64,000 nt of DNA. Origin: Mustelus asterias (Eukaryota). Shown here piece after piece: positions 24,583-37,064 of the stretch (its first letter is position 1; every line of letters begins with the position of its first letter). The notes below the pieces were generated by a model, which searched no databases, was not told where the DNA came from, and worked only from the letters and a program-made list of their open reading frames with translations. The position numbers and the translations under genes were made by a program. Location: positions 109,616,001 to 109,680,000 of the forward strand of contig NC_135808.1 of the NCBI RefSeq assembly GCF_964213995.1, written 5' to 3'.

Positions 24583-24930
24583 GGATGGCACAGTGGCACA
24601 GTAGTCGGCAGTGCCACCTCACAGCGCCAAGGACCTGGGTTTAATTCCAGCCTTGGGTGACTGTGTGGAGCTTGCACATTCTCCCCACGTTTGCATGGGT
24701 TTCCTCCGGGTGCTCCGGTTTCCTCCCACAGTCTAAAGATGCGTAGGTTAGGCAAATTGGCCATGGGAAAATTGCCCCTTAGTGTCAGAGGGGGGGGGGG
24801 GGGGGGGGGGGCGGCGGGTGGTTAGTAGGGTAAATATGCAGGGTTGCGGGGATAGGGCCTGGGTGGGACTGTCGGTGCAGACTTGATGGGCTAAATGGCC
24901 TCCTTCTGCACTGTTTGGATTCTATGATTC
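24583..24930 (+). mobile_element. HE1-like SINE with an internal poly-G run
   Basis: Same head and tail as the copy at 7785. Confidence 0.85.
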
Positions 24931-24989
24931 CATTGTTATGAAATTTGCCTTTAAAATAATAAATCAGTGGTACTCAAACGTAATGTCAT

Positions 24990-25320
24990 GAAGAAAAAAG
25001 ACTTGCATTTGTATAGCACCTTTCATAACAGGACATCCCAAAGATGCTTTACAGTCAATGGTGCTGTTTAGAAGTGTAGTTGCTGTTGTAATGTAGGAAA
25101 TCCAAAAGCTAATTGGCACACGGCAAGCCCACAAGCAGCAACGTGATAATGGCCAAACAATCTGTTGTTTGCAATATTGATAGAGTGATAAATATTGGCC
25201 AGGATGCTGGAGATAACTCCCCTGCTTTTCTTCGAAATAGTGCCGTGGGATCTTTTGGGTCCACCTGAGAGGTCAGGCGACACCTCGATCAGTTTAATAT
25301 CTCACCCAAAAGACAGCAGT
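24990..25320 (-). mobile_element. Deu-domain SINE; related copies near 20030, 26300, 55190, 55850 and 59695
   Basis: aaaagatcccacggcactatttcgaagaaaagcaggggagttatc...cctggccaat resembles the Deu domain. Confidence 0.7.
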
Positions 25321-26756
25321 AGGCTGCATTTATTTGCGACACAACACTCAGGGGGAACATCCCTGAAAATGCACGGAGTGTCACGTCGTAGTGAATCAGT
25401 CTCTGACTGTTTAAATTGCGAGATGCTTTAAGTGCAGCTGGTGTCTTAGAACTCATTTTGTCATTTGCAACTAGACAGGCAGCCTGAATTAATTTATGAG
25501 CTGCAAATTGAAACCTGGTATTAGAGAGTAAATTAAAACAGAATCACGCTCGGGTTAAAACATTCCCTTCATTTGCCAGTCATGATTAAAATTCTCAGGA
25601 AATACTCCAGGGTATTTTTTTTTAATTGGATTTTTTGCAAATGTTATTAATAAGATTTTGAAAAGCATCAAAATATATGGGCTTACTCCAGCTTGCATTA
25701 TTTATTAAATTTTATTATTTTCTACAAATGAATGGATTTTTTAGTAGCTGGGCTCTTCTGGGAAGCCCCTGTTCACTCTTGGTAATTCTCGTATTTGCAA
25801 CAAGGACCTTTCTTCACCCAAACTCTTCAGCGTTTTGAACTAAGCAATATTATTTTTTTTTAATCATCACAAGACTCAAAAAACAGAGCATGCTGGAAAA
25901 TCTCAGCAGGTCTGACAGCATCGTCTGAGCCCACTGTCATCCAGACTCAAAACATTAGCTCTCCACAGATGCTGTCAGACCTCCTGAGATATTCCAGCAA
26001 TTGCTGTTTTTGTTCCAAGTTCCAACATCCACAGTAATTTGCTTTTACCTTAATGCCTCAGAAGACTTCTTCTAATAATTCAATAATTCATTAAATCATA
26101 ATTTCCATTTTGTGTATCTCGATGCATTGAAAGTTCAACATATTTATTCCCATAATAAGAAGTCTGGAGTGGGACTTGATGCTTCTGCCGTTGACTGGAA
26201 AAGCATCAGGATCAGTTGTGCATGCACCTCCACCTGAGTGCAACAATTCTTGATGCATTTCCAATCAGCTGCAGGAATTAAAGTGAAGATAACATCTCGA
26301 ACAGTGCAGCATTGCCTTGGTATGGAGTGCAAGTCTTCATTTTTGCACTCAAGTCCTGGAGTGGAAGACTTGAATCCACAGTCTTCTGACTCCAAGGCAG
26401 GACTGCCACAACTGTCGCATACCTGACACACACACACACTCTCCATAGAGAGTCCAAGGAAAGACTAGGGTTAGGACCCAGGTTACCAAATAACAAAAGA
26501 AAAATAGAGGAATATTGGAAACAAACCATGACAATTGTGTGTGGTAAAATGTAAGGGGTAGGCCAACTAAAGTTCATACACCAACATACCACACCCCATA
26601 TCAGCTCCATAGAATCCACCCCTCTGGACAGCTATCTAAGCTAAAGATTAGGCGATCCCCTAGTTCCACTTCCATTCTTATAGACTCTATGACCAAGAAT
26701 TGCTGCTAATGAACAACTACACAACACTCACTCAACACAAAACATGTCTTTCCCCC

Positions 26757-27045
26757 TAGTGGTTAGCACTGCTGCCTCACAACGCCAGGGACCTGGGTTT
26801 GATTCCAACCTTGGGTCACTTTCTGTGCGAAACCTGTGCTTTCTCCCCATGTCTGCGTGGGTTTCCTCCGGGTGCTCCGGTTTCCTCCCACAGTCCAAAG
26901 ATGCAGGTTAGGTGAATTGGCTGCGCTAAATTCTCCCTCAGTGTACTGGAACAGGTGCCAGAGTGTGGTGATGAGGGGATTTTCACAGTAACTTCATTGC
27001 AGTGTGATTGTAAGCCTACTTGTGATTAATAAATAAACTTTAAAC
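26757..27045 (+). mobile_element. HE1-like SINE, alternative tail
   Basis: Head and tail as at 17080. Confidence 0.85.
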
Positions 27046-28913
27046 TTTTTTACTCTCTTAACCAATGATGAAGCTTCACATTCAGAATAAGCACCTGTGA
27101 AGCATATCAATAGAGCATAATGTCCACTTTCTGTCCAGACCAAGAGATTACTGAGTAGTCTAGAGGCCTATATAAGAGATCCAACCACTTTATCAACCAC
27201 CTAAGGCTTCTTCGCAGTAAAGACCAGGCAGATACAGTGGGGAAGATGGAAATACAGCAACATTTATTGTAGGCACCACTTCACGGTAGGTTACTGTGGA
27301 AGTGGAAACATTCCTGCTTCTTGACTGTGATAGAAAGACTCAACAAAATTTGTTCCGACTAAATAACTAGTCTTTATTTACAAAAGACTGCATGCAGTAG
27401 TGGCAGTAACTTGAGTTTAGAGAGCAGTTGTTACAACTTGCTCATTCCTTCTCAAGTTCGACCTCACATAAAGAATCAGTTCATTATTTATACATAATCA
27501 TTATCAGTTTGCGTGACTAGAGCTTATTCAGGAATTCGATCAGTAATAGAATCATAAGCAATGTCATAAATCATGGCACAACCTGCTGACCTCCTAGAAC
27601 TCTTTGTCTCATCATTCATGCCCTTATTTTGTCCTTTGAAAGAACAGAAAAAGGTCGGTGACTCCTTCATCCCGGACCTTATCTTGTCTTACTCATACAG
27701 CCCTAGGTTATGCGGAGTCAGCCTTATCAGGTCTTACAGGGGTCAGGCATTTTGGAACAGCTTGGTCAGCTTTCCTTATATTGTACCAAATAGTTGACCA
27801 ATTTTCCCATCATGCCATTACTTAATTCGTACAACTGCACATACTCTCTGCTCACCTGTTATTCTGAGGAACTGATGATGGCAAGTAACCATCTATTCTG
27901 AAATCTATAGATCCGTTTTATTGATATAGGTATGTAAATAGATTCACGAATGAATGAGTGCTGCCTCAATGTACTACTTCACTAATATACAATCCAGCAT
28001 TTTCTGATCAAAAATTGACATTTATTTTCATTTGTTTGTACACATTAGAGTAACTGTAATTCCAACTACATTTGTGATTTATTGATCACTATCATTCATA
28101 ACAAGACATTAGAATTATTTATTAAAATTAGTTTTTAAAATTATAAATCTTTAGACACAGACTGCAAAGCATCTCCTGCTCAGATAAATTAATCGTAATC
28201 ATTAGCCAGATTTGGATGTCTCCCGCGTTCTGTTCAAATGGAACACATCCTACTGAATGCCCATTGCCCAGCTGGTGTCCCAACTGTCTCGCTAAATATC
28301 TGAAACTAGCTACACTAACAAAGCAGAAAATGCACCAGAAACACACACACATATTTGACTACTTTGTGTGGGGGTAATAAAAATATATTTTGGTGATTCT
28401 AGACAAAATAAGTCAAGGTAAGGATCAGGATGTTAAAATGATGGAAGCTGCCTGAGTTGTGACACTTCCATGTTAAAACAACCAATAGTCTGAAACCACA
28501 AAAGTGAGGTATTTGAGGATTGTTGCAACCCATAGAATTCAATCTTAACACAGTCCACTGCCTTCAGAAAAGAAGGGGTAAGGGGAAATCAGTGTGTATT
28601 TGAATGTAATCAGAGTCTCCAACTCCACTCATTAATCTGGGACATGCCACATGGATGTGGCAGTATTTCTTTATAGGTGGAAAAATAATAGAGCAACTAA
28701 TGCACACACCTCAGCATTGTCTAACGGGTATGTATAAGAATTATTGGGAGCTGACTTGCTGCCATAACCCTAGTTGGCATGGGTGATATGGATAAACTGA
28801 CCAATGGTGTGATACCGAAAAGTGGAAGCAAAAAGGGGAATTATTTTGGGAAATTGACAAATATTTCGGAATTAACACTGCTAACCTGAGGTAATCATTT
28901 GTTTTGTGCATTA

Positions 28914-29678
28914 GGGGCGATCTTGAGCCCACATTCGCCATTTGTGCGAATACTGCCAGGGCTCCAAGATTCAGAAGTCATAGATCTCCCAGGCGACGTA
29001 ATCAAGTTCATGCCCATAATCAATTGTAAATGTCAGTGCGGTGTCAATTGGCCGCTGCATATTGACACTGCGCTGATGTTTACAACAGATTCACACAGAC
29101 ATGAGCCTCCCCAGAGGCACAAAGGTAAGTATTGCCCCTGGCACAAATTGGCACCATGCCCGTGCCAAACTGACACTGCCAGCATGTACCAAGGGTAGGC
29201 CCCAATGGGAGCCTCATGGGGACGGGGTGGCATGGATTCATTTGGATGTGGTTGCAGCTGGGAGTGGATGGAGGAGCTGGAGATACCATTAATGGCCTTT
29301 GGTGGGGGAGATGGGTGCCAGCTCAGACTGTGGCGGGGAGGGATGGCCGATGTTCGGCAGCAGGGAGAAGGGACCAATGATCTGTTGGGGGGGGGGAATT
29401 GAGGGATCCCCTGACACCTTCGTGGTGGGCTTGGTGGGAGGTTTATACAGGTTATGATCAGGGCACCTTTGAAAGATGGCATCCTGATCTCAGTGCAGCC
29501 AGGCTTTGCCAGCATGTTTAGGCCCTGTACCCTGTGTGGCGGTGTGAAACACGCCCCCTTGAATTTTTTTTGGCAGAGTGTCGTAAGATCTGAAGAGAAA
29601 ACCGACCTGTTTCTCTGGAAACACGCTGGTTTTCTTCTTGGAAACAACACTCTGCCATTTTTTGGTAAGATTTAGCCC
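28914..29678. mobile_element. Non-autonomous DNA transposon (MITE-like)
   Basis: Imperfect TIRs ggggcgatctt / aagatttagccc bound a GC-rich block in AT-rich DNA. Confidence 0.5.
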
Positions 29679-29999
29679 TGAGTTATAGAGTTCCAATTAT
29701 TTTCCAGTGAAAACAATTGAATACAACAGATGAGAACATTTCTAAAGCAGAATAATTGTACTGTATACTTTCTCTTTTGAAAGTATCCTGACAGCCTATC
29801 ATCAGCCAAAAGCTTTTTATCTTTGCAGTGTCTGCAAGTCATGAGGAACTAATTCGAACCAAAGATTTAATTGAGCACATGAATGCCCGAGAAAAGACCC
29901 TCACTGATTAACAAATTAAGGAAATGCCAATATTTTCATTGTACCATTAAGCCATCAGGAATTTTCTGTGATAAGGGGGCAGTACTCCAATTCCTTTAA

Positions 30000-30308
30000 T
30001 AGAATCATTGAATCCCTACAGTGCAGAAGGAGGCCATTCAGCCCGTCGAGTCTGCACCGATCACAATCCCACCCAGGCCCTATTCCCGTAACCCCACATA
30101 TTTACTCTGCTAATCCCCTGACACCAGGGTCAATTTAGGGCCTATCAACCTAACCTGCACATCTTTGGACTGTGGGAGGAAACTGGAGCACCCAGAGGAA
30201 ACCCATACAGACATGGGGAGAATGCAAACTCCACACAGTGAGTCGAGGCCAGAATTGAACCTGGGTCCCTGGCGCTGTGAGGCAGCAGTGCTAACCACTG
30301 TGCTACCA
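30000..30308 (-). mobile_element. HE1-like SINE
   Basis: Reverse complement of the HE1-like consensus. Confidence 0.85.
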
Positions 30309-30928
30309 ATGGATATTCATACAATACTTTTAGATGAAATACTCAAAACATGCAATAAACTATTTTTAATCACAGTTTTTTAATCCATACATTTCCCTCA
30401 GTCTTTCCAAACGATCCTCTGTGTTCTTCCGCAGAAGGCCAAAATGTGTATTGTTGTCCATCCTTGATTGCTATTCTCTACCTGTCTCCCAAGTGAATGC
30501 ATGAGAACAGATTGGAGTCAACTCATGGTGATTACTCCACTACTGTCTCCACACCCACAGCAGCAACTGGAGTGGGAAATGCCTTTCAGCCAAATGCACT
30601 TTATTGTGAGTCCAAAATCAATGGTTACCAGCTCAGGGGGCAATATACTGAGATATTTATTTCAGTTCCCATTTCAATCTTGCCTTTAGTGGTTTTACTT
30701 GTTAAATTGTAATCCTGAGACTCCTTTATCAAAAGAACATTTGACAATAATACAAAACAGTACTTGTTATGGGAGGTGCCATATATTACATCCCACAATT
30801 AAAAAGATGGTTCCAAATTGTTAATATTAAACCAGGATTTGTTTTTGATAAGTTGTAATTATTAAGGTTGATGCTGGCAGTTGTCCTGTGCTTGCCAGTT
30901 ATTTTAACTCTCTTTCCTGATGTTTCTT

Positions 30929-31165
30929 CTATGCCCATTCCGATCTCCAAGTATCGTCACTCTCCAGATTTCCATCTTGGCTGTTATTGAAATGATGTGG
31001 ATGGATAGCACTTGGAGCCAGGTTGGGGTCAGGACTGAGTTTACTAGATTCATGCTGTTGTGCTGGTCGAATTGTTAGATTTTCATAAGCCGGACTTGTC
31101 AACAAACTTGTGGTGTTAGATTGAGTAAAGTTTGCCTTGTAAGTGGTAGTGATATTTTTCTCTGC
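30929..31165 (-). CDS. SELENOP2: SELENOP2-like terminal coding exon (AEKNITT...WRSEWA*)
   Basis: ctcttgcag acceptor, phase 0 matching the previous exon; TAG stop; AATAAA on minus at 30656-30661 and 30600-30605. Confidence 0.75.
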   Translation of the reverse strand, partial: AEKNITTTYKANFTQSNTTSLLTSPAYENLTIRPAQQHESSKLSPDPNLAPSAIHPHHFNNSQDGNLESDDTWRSEWA

Positions 31166-31171
31166 CTGCAA

Positions 31172-31830
31172 GAGCAACAACTTATATTTATATAGCACCT
31201 TTAATGTCATGAAACTTCACAGGAACATTATAAAATAAAGCATGACACTGAGTCACATATGGCAGTATTAGGTCAGATAATCAAAAGCTTGGTTAGAGGT
31301 AGGTTTTAAGGAGTGTCTTAAAAGGAGGAAAGCAAAATAGAAAGGCAGAGAGGTTATACAGAGGGTTTTCCAAAGCTTGGGGTCTAGATAATTGAAGGTA
31401 TGGCCATCAGTGGTGGAGCGATTAAAATTGGGGATGCACAAAAGACTAGAATTAGGGAGGCACAGTTATCATGGAGGGTTATGAGGCTGCAGATTACAGA
31501 GAAAGCAAGGAGCAAGGCCATGGGGGATTTGAAATCATGGGTGAGAGTTTTGAAATAAGATATTGCTTGACTGGGAGCCAATGTCAGTCAAGGGTGATAG
31601 GGGAACAAGACTTGTTACAGGTTAAGGCACAGGCAGCAGAGCTTTGGATGAGTTCAAGATTATGGGTGACAGAATATTGGCGAACAGCCAGGAGTGTGTT
31701 GGAATAGCCGAGGCTAGAGGTAACGAAGGCATGGATGAGGGTTTCAGCAGCAGATGAGCTGAGACAAGGGCAAAGTCCAGTATTGTAACTGAGGTGGAGA
31801 TAGGCGGTCATAGAAAAGGCACGAGTATGA
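31172..31830 (-). mobile_element. L2-clade LINE 3' fragment
   Basis: AETLIHAFVTSSLGYSNTLL...LIQSSAA; 3' end ggtgctatataaatataagttgttg. Confidence 0.85.
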
Positions 31831-31955
31831 GGTCGAAAGCTTACTTCTATTTGCTTGAAGACAAATGTCTGAGCTATACTGATGCCACAAACATTACATT
31901 TTTGCTATAATATGACCACTACCAAGCATCTCTTTGGCCTTTCTGAGATTGAGAA

Positions 31956-32160
31956 CAGTAATAAGTCTCACAACACCAGGGTAAAGTCCAACAAGTTTAT
32001 TTGGTATCACGAGCTTTCGGAGCGCTGCTCTTTCATCAGGTAATGAAGGAGCAGCGCTCCGAAAGCTCGTGAAAACAAATAAACTTGTTGGACTTTAACC
32101 TGGTGTTGCGAGACTTCTTACTGTGCCCACCCCAGTCCAACACCGGCATCTCCACATCAT
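31956..32160. mobile_element. Fold-back mini-element made of two inverted Penelope ends
   Basis: About 80-bp inverted arms; TSD tgagattgagaa at 31944 and 32160. Confidence 0.85.
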
Positions 32161-32207
32161 GAGATTGAGAATGCTAAGTAACACTAACAAATAACACTAA
32201 CAATTAC

Positions 32208-32334
32208 CTCAAGACTGCCGTTGCTGCAATTCCCGCAGACATCCTTGCTATATGTAGCCCGGATTGCTGCTTCAGTGTACCGAAAATGGAGGTAGCTATA
32301 TGGTAATACGATGTGAAAGGTTAATTTACCACAT
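32208..32334 (-). CDS. SELENOP2: SELENOP2-like coding exon 3 (CGKLTFHIVLPYSYLHFRYTEAAIRATYSKDVCGNCSNGSLE)
   Basis: Manual translation; ccctag acceptor and GAG|gtaatt donor; 127 nt; matches the SelP N-terminal domain. Confidence 0.95.
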
Positions 32335-33090
32335 CTAGGGGAAAAGGAAAATCACAAAAATGGGATTAAATACCTTGAAGTGACATGTGAGTTTCATTGT
32401 AAACCCCAGCCCAATTCCTTGAAAATCATACCTTGCAGATGCCGTTAGAAGATAAACCGTTGAACAACTGCTCAATTTTGAAGATTGATAGCTAGTATCA
32501 CAGTGGATAAAAAATATCATATTGTGCAGCATTGAACCACACAGGCTAGAAGGACTCCTAGTTTTGCCTGTAGCCTATTTAGTTCTCAGTTGGAGATGGC
32601 TATAATTTGACTCAGTCAGGTGACCCAGGAATATAGAAAGGCAAATTTCTGAAGCATCAACCAGGACTCTTCCTGATGTTTGTTGTTTGGTGATTCCTGT
32701 TAGAAAGCACATCTGTGTATGCACATAAGGACTGGATCAGGCTTGCCTATAATGGCAAAAGTGTTCACACATGGATGCTTGAGCAAACTATAACCAATGA
32801 CTATTGCCACCATCTAATCATAATGTCATATTTCAACACAAGCACCTTCTTGATAAAAGGGCAAAAATTGGCAGGGAATAACTTTTACTTATTTTGTAAA
32901 ATATTTCAATAGTAAAAGCAGCAAGGTTCTGCTACTTTGTTAGCACAAAACAGGGTGCTAGAATAAATCATTCCTTATTCCTACTTTCCCAGTGATGCTA
33001 ACTACTGTTGTGCACAAATAACCGAAGGAGGAAGAATCTGTTCAATAGCAATAAATGGTCTACTCAGTGTTACCATTTAAAGTAACCAAC

Positions 33091-33303
33091 CTGTCATAAA
33101 TGAGGAAGTCGTCCTTGTTACCCTGCAGAATGCTCCAGATATCATGTTGAAACGGTGACTGTTGGTAGACAGGGATATTCTTAGGAACATGCCGTTGGAG
33201 CTCCCAGAACATGGCCCTTGATTGGGGTGTTTTCTCATTCACTATCATATAGCGTACATCCTTCAGGTCCTGATGATCAAGCTTGTCTCGCAAGCTGCCT
33301 AAT
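33091..33303 (-). CDS. SELENOP2: SELENOP2-like coding exon 2 (LGSLRDKL...SRAMFWEL...IPVYQQ...KDDFLIYDR)
   Basis: ORF 33060-33293; 213 nt, phase 2-2; the KDDFLIYDR signature; SRAMxWEL resembles the SelPb paralog. Confidence 0.96.
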
Positions 33304-33494
33304 CTACCAATGCAATAAAAGTGACGACTGTGAACAGCATTACTTAGACGGTATTTCTGCAGATCTGAATATGCAAACAGGACATTTCAGATTGGATATG
33401 ATTTCATTAAAAACCATGGAGATAACTTATAAACTGATGGTGTCATTGAAACATTGGATTGGTTCACACCAACATTGCCAACACTTGTACCAAA

Positions 33495-34710
33495 CCAAAA
33501 TACCATGGATGTTGGAAATCTGAAATAAAAATGGAAATATTCAGCAGGCCAGGCTGCATCTGTTTCAGGTCTCTGACCTTTCATCAGAACAGGGTCAAGT
33601 TAGAAAGGTTACAGGAATTAACAAGTCAAAATGGTGGGGGGAGGATGGGAAAAAGAACAAAAGGGTGGGTGGAAGACAGGAGAAATTAAATGACAAATGA
33701 GTTGATGGTACAAGGCCAAAAGGAGTGATAACAGGACAAGTAAAGAAAGAAAAGATGTGTTTAGAGGAGCTGTGAATGGCAGAATGATGAACAGCTGCCA
33801 TTCAAAAATGAAAATAAGAGAAAAATGAGAGTAAAACCAAAACCTGTAAAGAAAGAGGAAATAAATGGCAGCAAGGATTACAACCCATAACTGTTGAACT
33901 TAATGTTGGACCGAGGAGTCTTCAAGTGCCAAAGCAGAAGAAAATGTGCTTTTACTTGAGCTTACATTGGAACGGTGTAAGGGGACCATCTACAGAGAGG
34001 CAAATGCGAAAGCCAGGTGGAAAATTAAAATGTAATAAGGACCTTAAATTTACACTTGCTGACTGAACAGATGTTTAACGCAAGGCAGTCACCCAGTCTG
34101 TGTTTGGTCTCCCCAGCGGAGAGCAAATTATATTGTGAGTAATGAATACAGTACTAGGTTGGTTAAGATCAAGCATCAGATCAAGCCCAAGAAGGGGTGC
34201 AATGCCTTTTCTTGTCAGCGTGGATCTTGTATGTCTCTCTTGTGGGGACCATGACTTGGATTCAATTGGAATTATGTTTTTGGAACAAGCAAGGAGATGA
34301 GTTTGTGCTTTCCCGGTCTGTTCTGCACATTGTAACTTTAAGAATGGAGTAAAAATTTTAAAATGAAACTAGATATAAAGAAGTGCACATTAATCGGCGA
34401 TTCATCTGGAAGGAGTGTTTGTGACCTGAAATGATGAGGAGAGAGGGGGTTAAAGAGTAGCTGCATGCTGGGAAGGTGCTGTCATAAGGGGAGGGGATGC
34501 TCAGATGATTGAAGAGTGGACCAGGGCGTCGTGGAGAAGAATGCTGAAAGGAGCAGAGCAAGATGGATTTGATGGTGGCGTCACACTGAAGGTGGCAGAA
34601 ATCTGTTGAATGTGGAGGTTGGTGGGAGAAGGTAATGACAAGGGAACCCCTATCATATTCGTGTGAGGTCGGGGAAGAGGTGAGAACAGAGAGTGAGAAA
34701 TGGAATGGAC
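33495..34710 (-). mobile_element. Degenerate second-family Penelope-like element; may resume at ~36890-37060
   Basis: Its end resembles the short repeats at 13540, 14970, 25880 and 50500; CTGATGA...GAAA core at 33563-33590. Confidence 0.5.
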
Positions 34711-36890
34711 TCAGACTACAATGGGATGAGGGGGGAGTTGGCTAAGGTAGACTGGGAGCAAAAGCTTTATGGTGAGATAATTGAGGAACAGTGGAGGACT
34801 TTCAAAGTGATTTTTCACAGTGCTCAGCAAAAGTATATACCAGTGATAAGGAAGGACAGTAGAAAAAGAGATAATCAGCCATGGATATCTAAGGAAATAA
34901 AGGAGGTTATCAAATTGAAAGAAAATGCATACAAAGTGGCAAAGATTAGTGGGAAACTAGAGGATTGGGAAATCTCTAAAGGTCAACAGAAAGCCACGAA
35001 GAAAGCTATAATGAAAAGTGAGATGGATCATGAGAGTAAGCTAGCTCAGAATATAAAAACAGTTAGCAAAAGTTTCTACAAATATATAAAATGAAAAAGA
35101 GTGGCTAAAATAAACATTGATCCTTTAGAGGATGAGAAAGGGGATGTAATAACTGGAAATGAGGAAATGGCTGAACAGGTATTTTGTGTCGGGCTTCACA
35201 GTGGAAGACACAAATAACATGCCAAAAATTGATGACAAGAAGGTTATGGCAGGTGAGGGCCGAGAAACTATCATTATCACGAAAGAGGTAGTGTTGGGCA
35301 AGCTAATGGGGTTAAAGGTAGACAAGTCTCCTGGCCCTGATGGAATGCATGCCAGGGTACTAAAAGAGATGGCGGGGGAAATAGCAAATGCACTAGTGGT
35401 AATTTACCAAAATTCGCTGGACACTGGGGTGGTTCCCGCAGATTGGAAAACAGCAAATGTGACGCCACTGTTTAAAAAAAGGAGGTAGACAAAAGGCAGG
35501 TAACTATAGGCCAGTTAGCTTAATTTCTGTAGTAGGGAAAATGCTTGAATCTATCATCAAGGAAGAAATAGCGAAACATCTGGATATAAATTGTCCCATT
35601 GGGAAGACGCAGCATGGGTTCATCAAGGGCAGGTCATGTTTGACTAATTTGGTGGAATTCTTTGAGAACATTACGTGCACAGTGGACAATGGGGAACCTG
35701 TGGATGTGGTGTATCTGGATTTCCGAAGGCATTTGACAAGGTGCCGCAACAAAGGCTGCTGCATAAGATAAAGGTGCAGTGTTACGGGTAATGTATTAGC
35801 ATGAATAGAGGATTGGTTAACTAAGAGAAAGCAAAGCGTGAGGGTAAATGGGTGTTTTTCTGGTTGGCGATCAGTGACTAGTGGTGTGCCTCAGGGATTA
35901 GTGTTGGGACTGCAATTGTTTACGATTTACATAGATGATTTGGAGTTGGGGACCAAGTGTAGCATGTCAAAATTTGCAGATGACACTAAGATGGGTGGCA
36001 GAGCAAAGTGTGCAGAGGACGCTGAAATAGATAGTCTAAGTGAGTGGGCAAGGGTCTGGCAGATGGAGTACAATGTTGGTAGTTGTGAGGTTATCCATTT
36101 TGGTAGGAATAACGGCAAAATGGACTATTATTTAAATGGTAAAAAAATTGAAGCATGCTGCTGTGCAGAGGGTCCTGGGTGTCCTTGTGCATGAATCACA
36201 AAAGGTTGGTTTGCAGGTACAGCAGGTAATTAAGAAGGCAAATGGAATTTTGTCCTTCATTGCTAGAGGGATGGAGTTTAAAAACAGCGAGGTGATGTTG
36301 CAGCTGTATAAGGTGCTGGTGAGGCCACACCTCGAGTAGTGTGTGCAGTTTTGGTCTCCTTACTTGAGAAAGGATATACTGACACTGGAGGGGATACAGA
36401 GGAGATTCACGAGGTTGCTTCCAGAATTGAGAGGGTTGGCTTATGAGGAGAGACTGAGTAGACTGGGGCTATACACTTTGGAATTCAAAAGAATGAGGGG
36501 AGATCTTACAGAAAACATCTAAGATTATGAAGGGAATAGATAGGATAGAAGCAGGGAAGTTGTTTCCACTGGCAGGTGAAACTAGAGCTAGGGGGCAAGG
36601 CCTAAAAATAAGGGGAAGCAGATTTAGGACTGAGTTGAGGAGGAACTTCTTCACACAAAGGATTGTGAATCTGTGGAATTCCCTGCCCAGTGAAGCAGTT
36701 GAGGCTACCTCATTGAATGTTTTTAAGGCAAGGATAGATAAATTTTTGAACAGTAAAGGAATTAAGGGTTATGGTGAGTGGGCAGGTATGTGGAGCTGAG
36801 TCCATGAAAAGATCGGCCATGTTCTTATTGAATGGCGGAGCAGGCTCGAGGGGCCAGATGGCCTACTCCTGCTCCTAGTTCTTATGTTCA
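34710..36890 (+). mobile_element. CR1 LINE, 5'-truncated and frameshifted
   Basis: [28 protein letters not shown] and WNSLP motifs. Confidence 0.95.
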
Positions 36891-37064
36891 GCCAAGGGCC
36901 CTGTCAACTACAGTGGCCGGGGCGCACAATCTTTAGGGAGGGAAAAGGAAGTCATTTCAGAAGTACTGGTTGCACCATCAAAGCAGATGCAACAGAAATG
37001 GAGAAACTGGGAAAATGGAATGGAGTCCTTGCAGGAAGCTGGTTATGAGGAAGTGTAGTTATAG

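Noticed and set aside
24790-24812. Poly-G and poly-C runs (also ~47805 and ~49402) as G-quadruplex elements
   Set aside because: Simple homopolymers inside repeats; their lengths are unreliable.
27296-27835. Possible solo LTR
   Set aside because: Composition is suggestive, but I could not fix the ends or a TSD.
28189-28299. Alternative SELENOP2 terminal exon with an in-frame TGA at 28234-28236
   Set aside because: An acceptor-like tttcag exists, but the peptide is not SelP-like, it lies beyond two polyA signals, and no SECIS was seen.
29033-29650. 205-aa ORF
   Set aside because: It lies within a GC-rich MITE-like repeat and has no recognisable domain.
30485-30530. SECIS candidate (ATGA...AA on minus)
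   Set aside because: No pairing stem or downstream GA, and it lies past the polyA signals.
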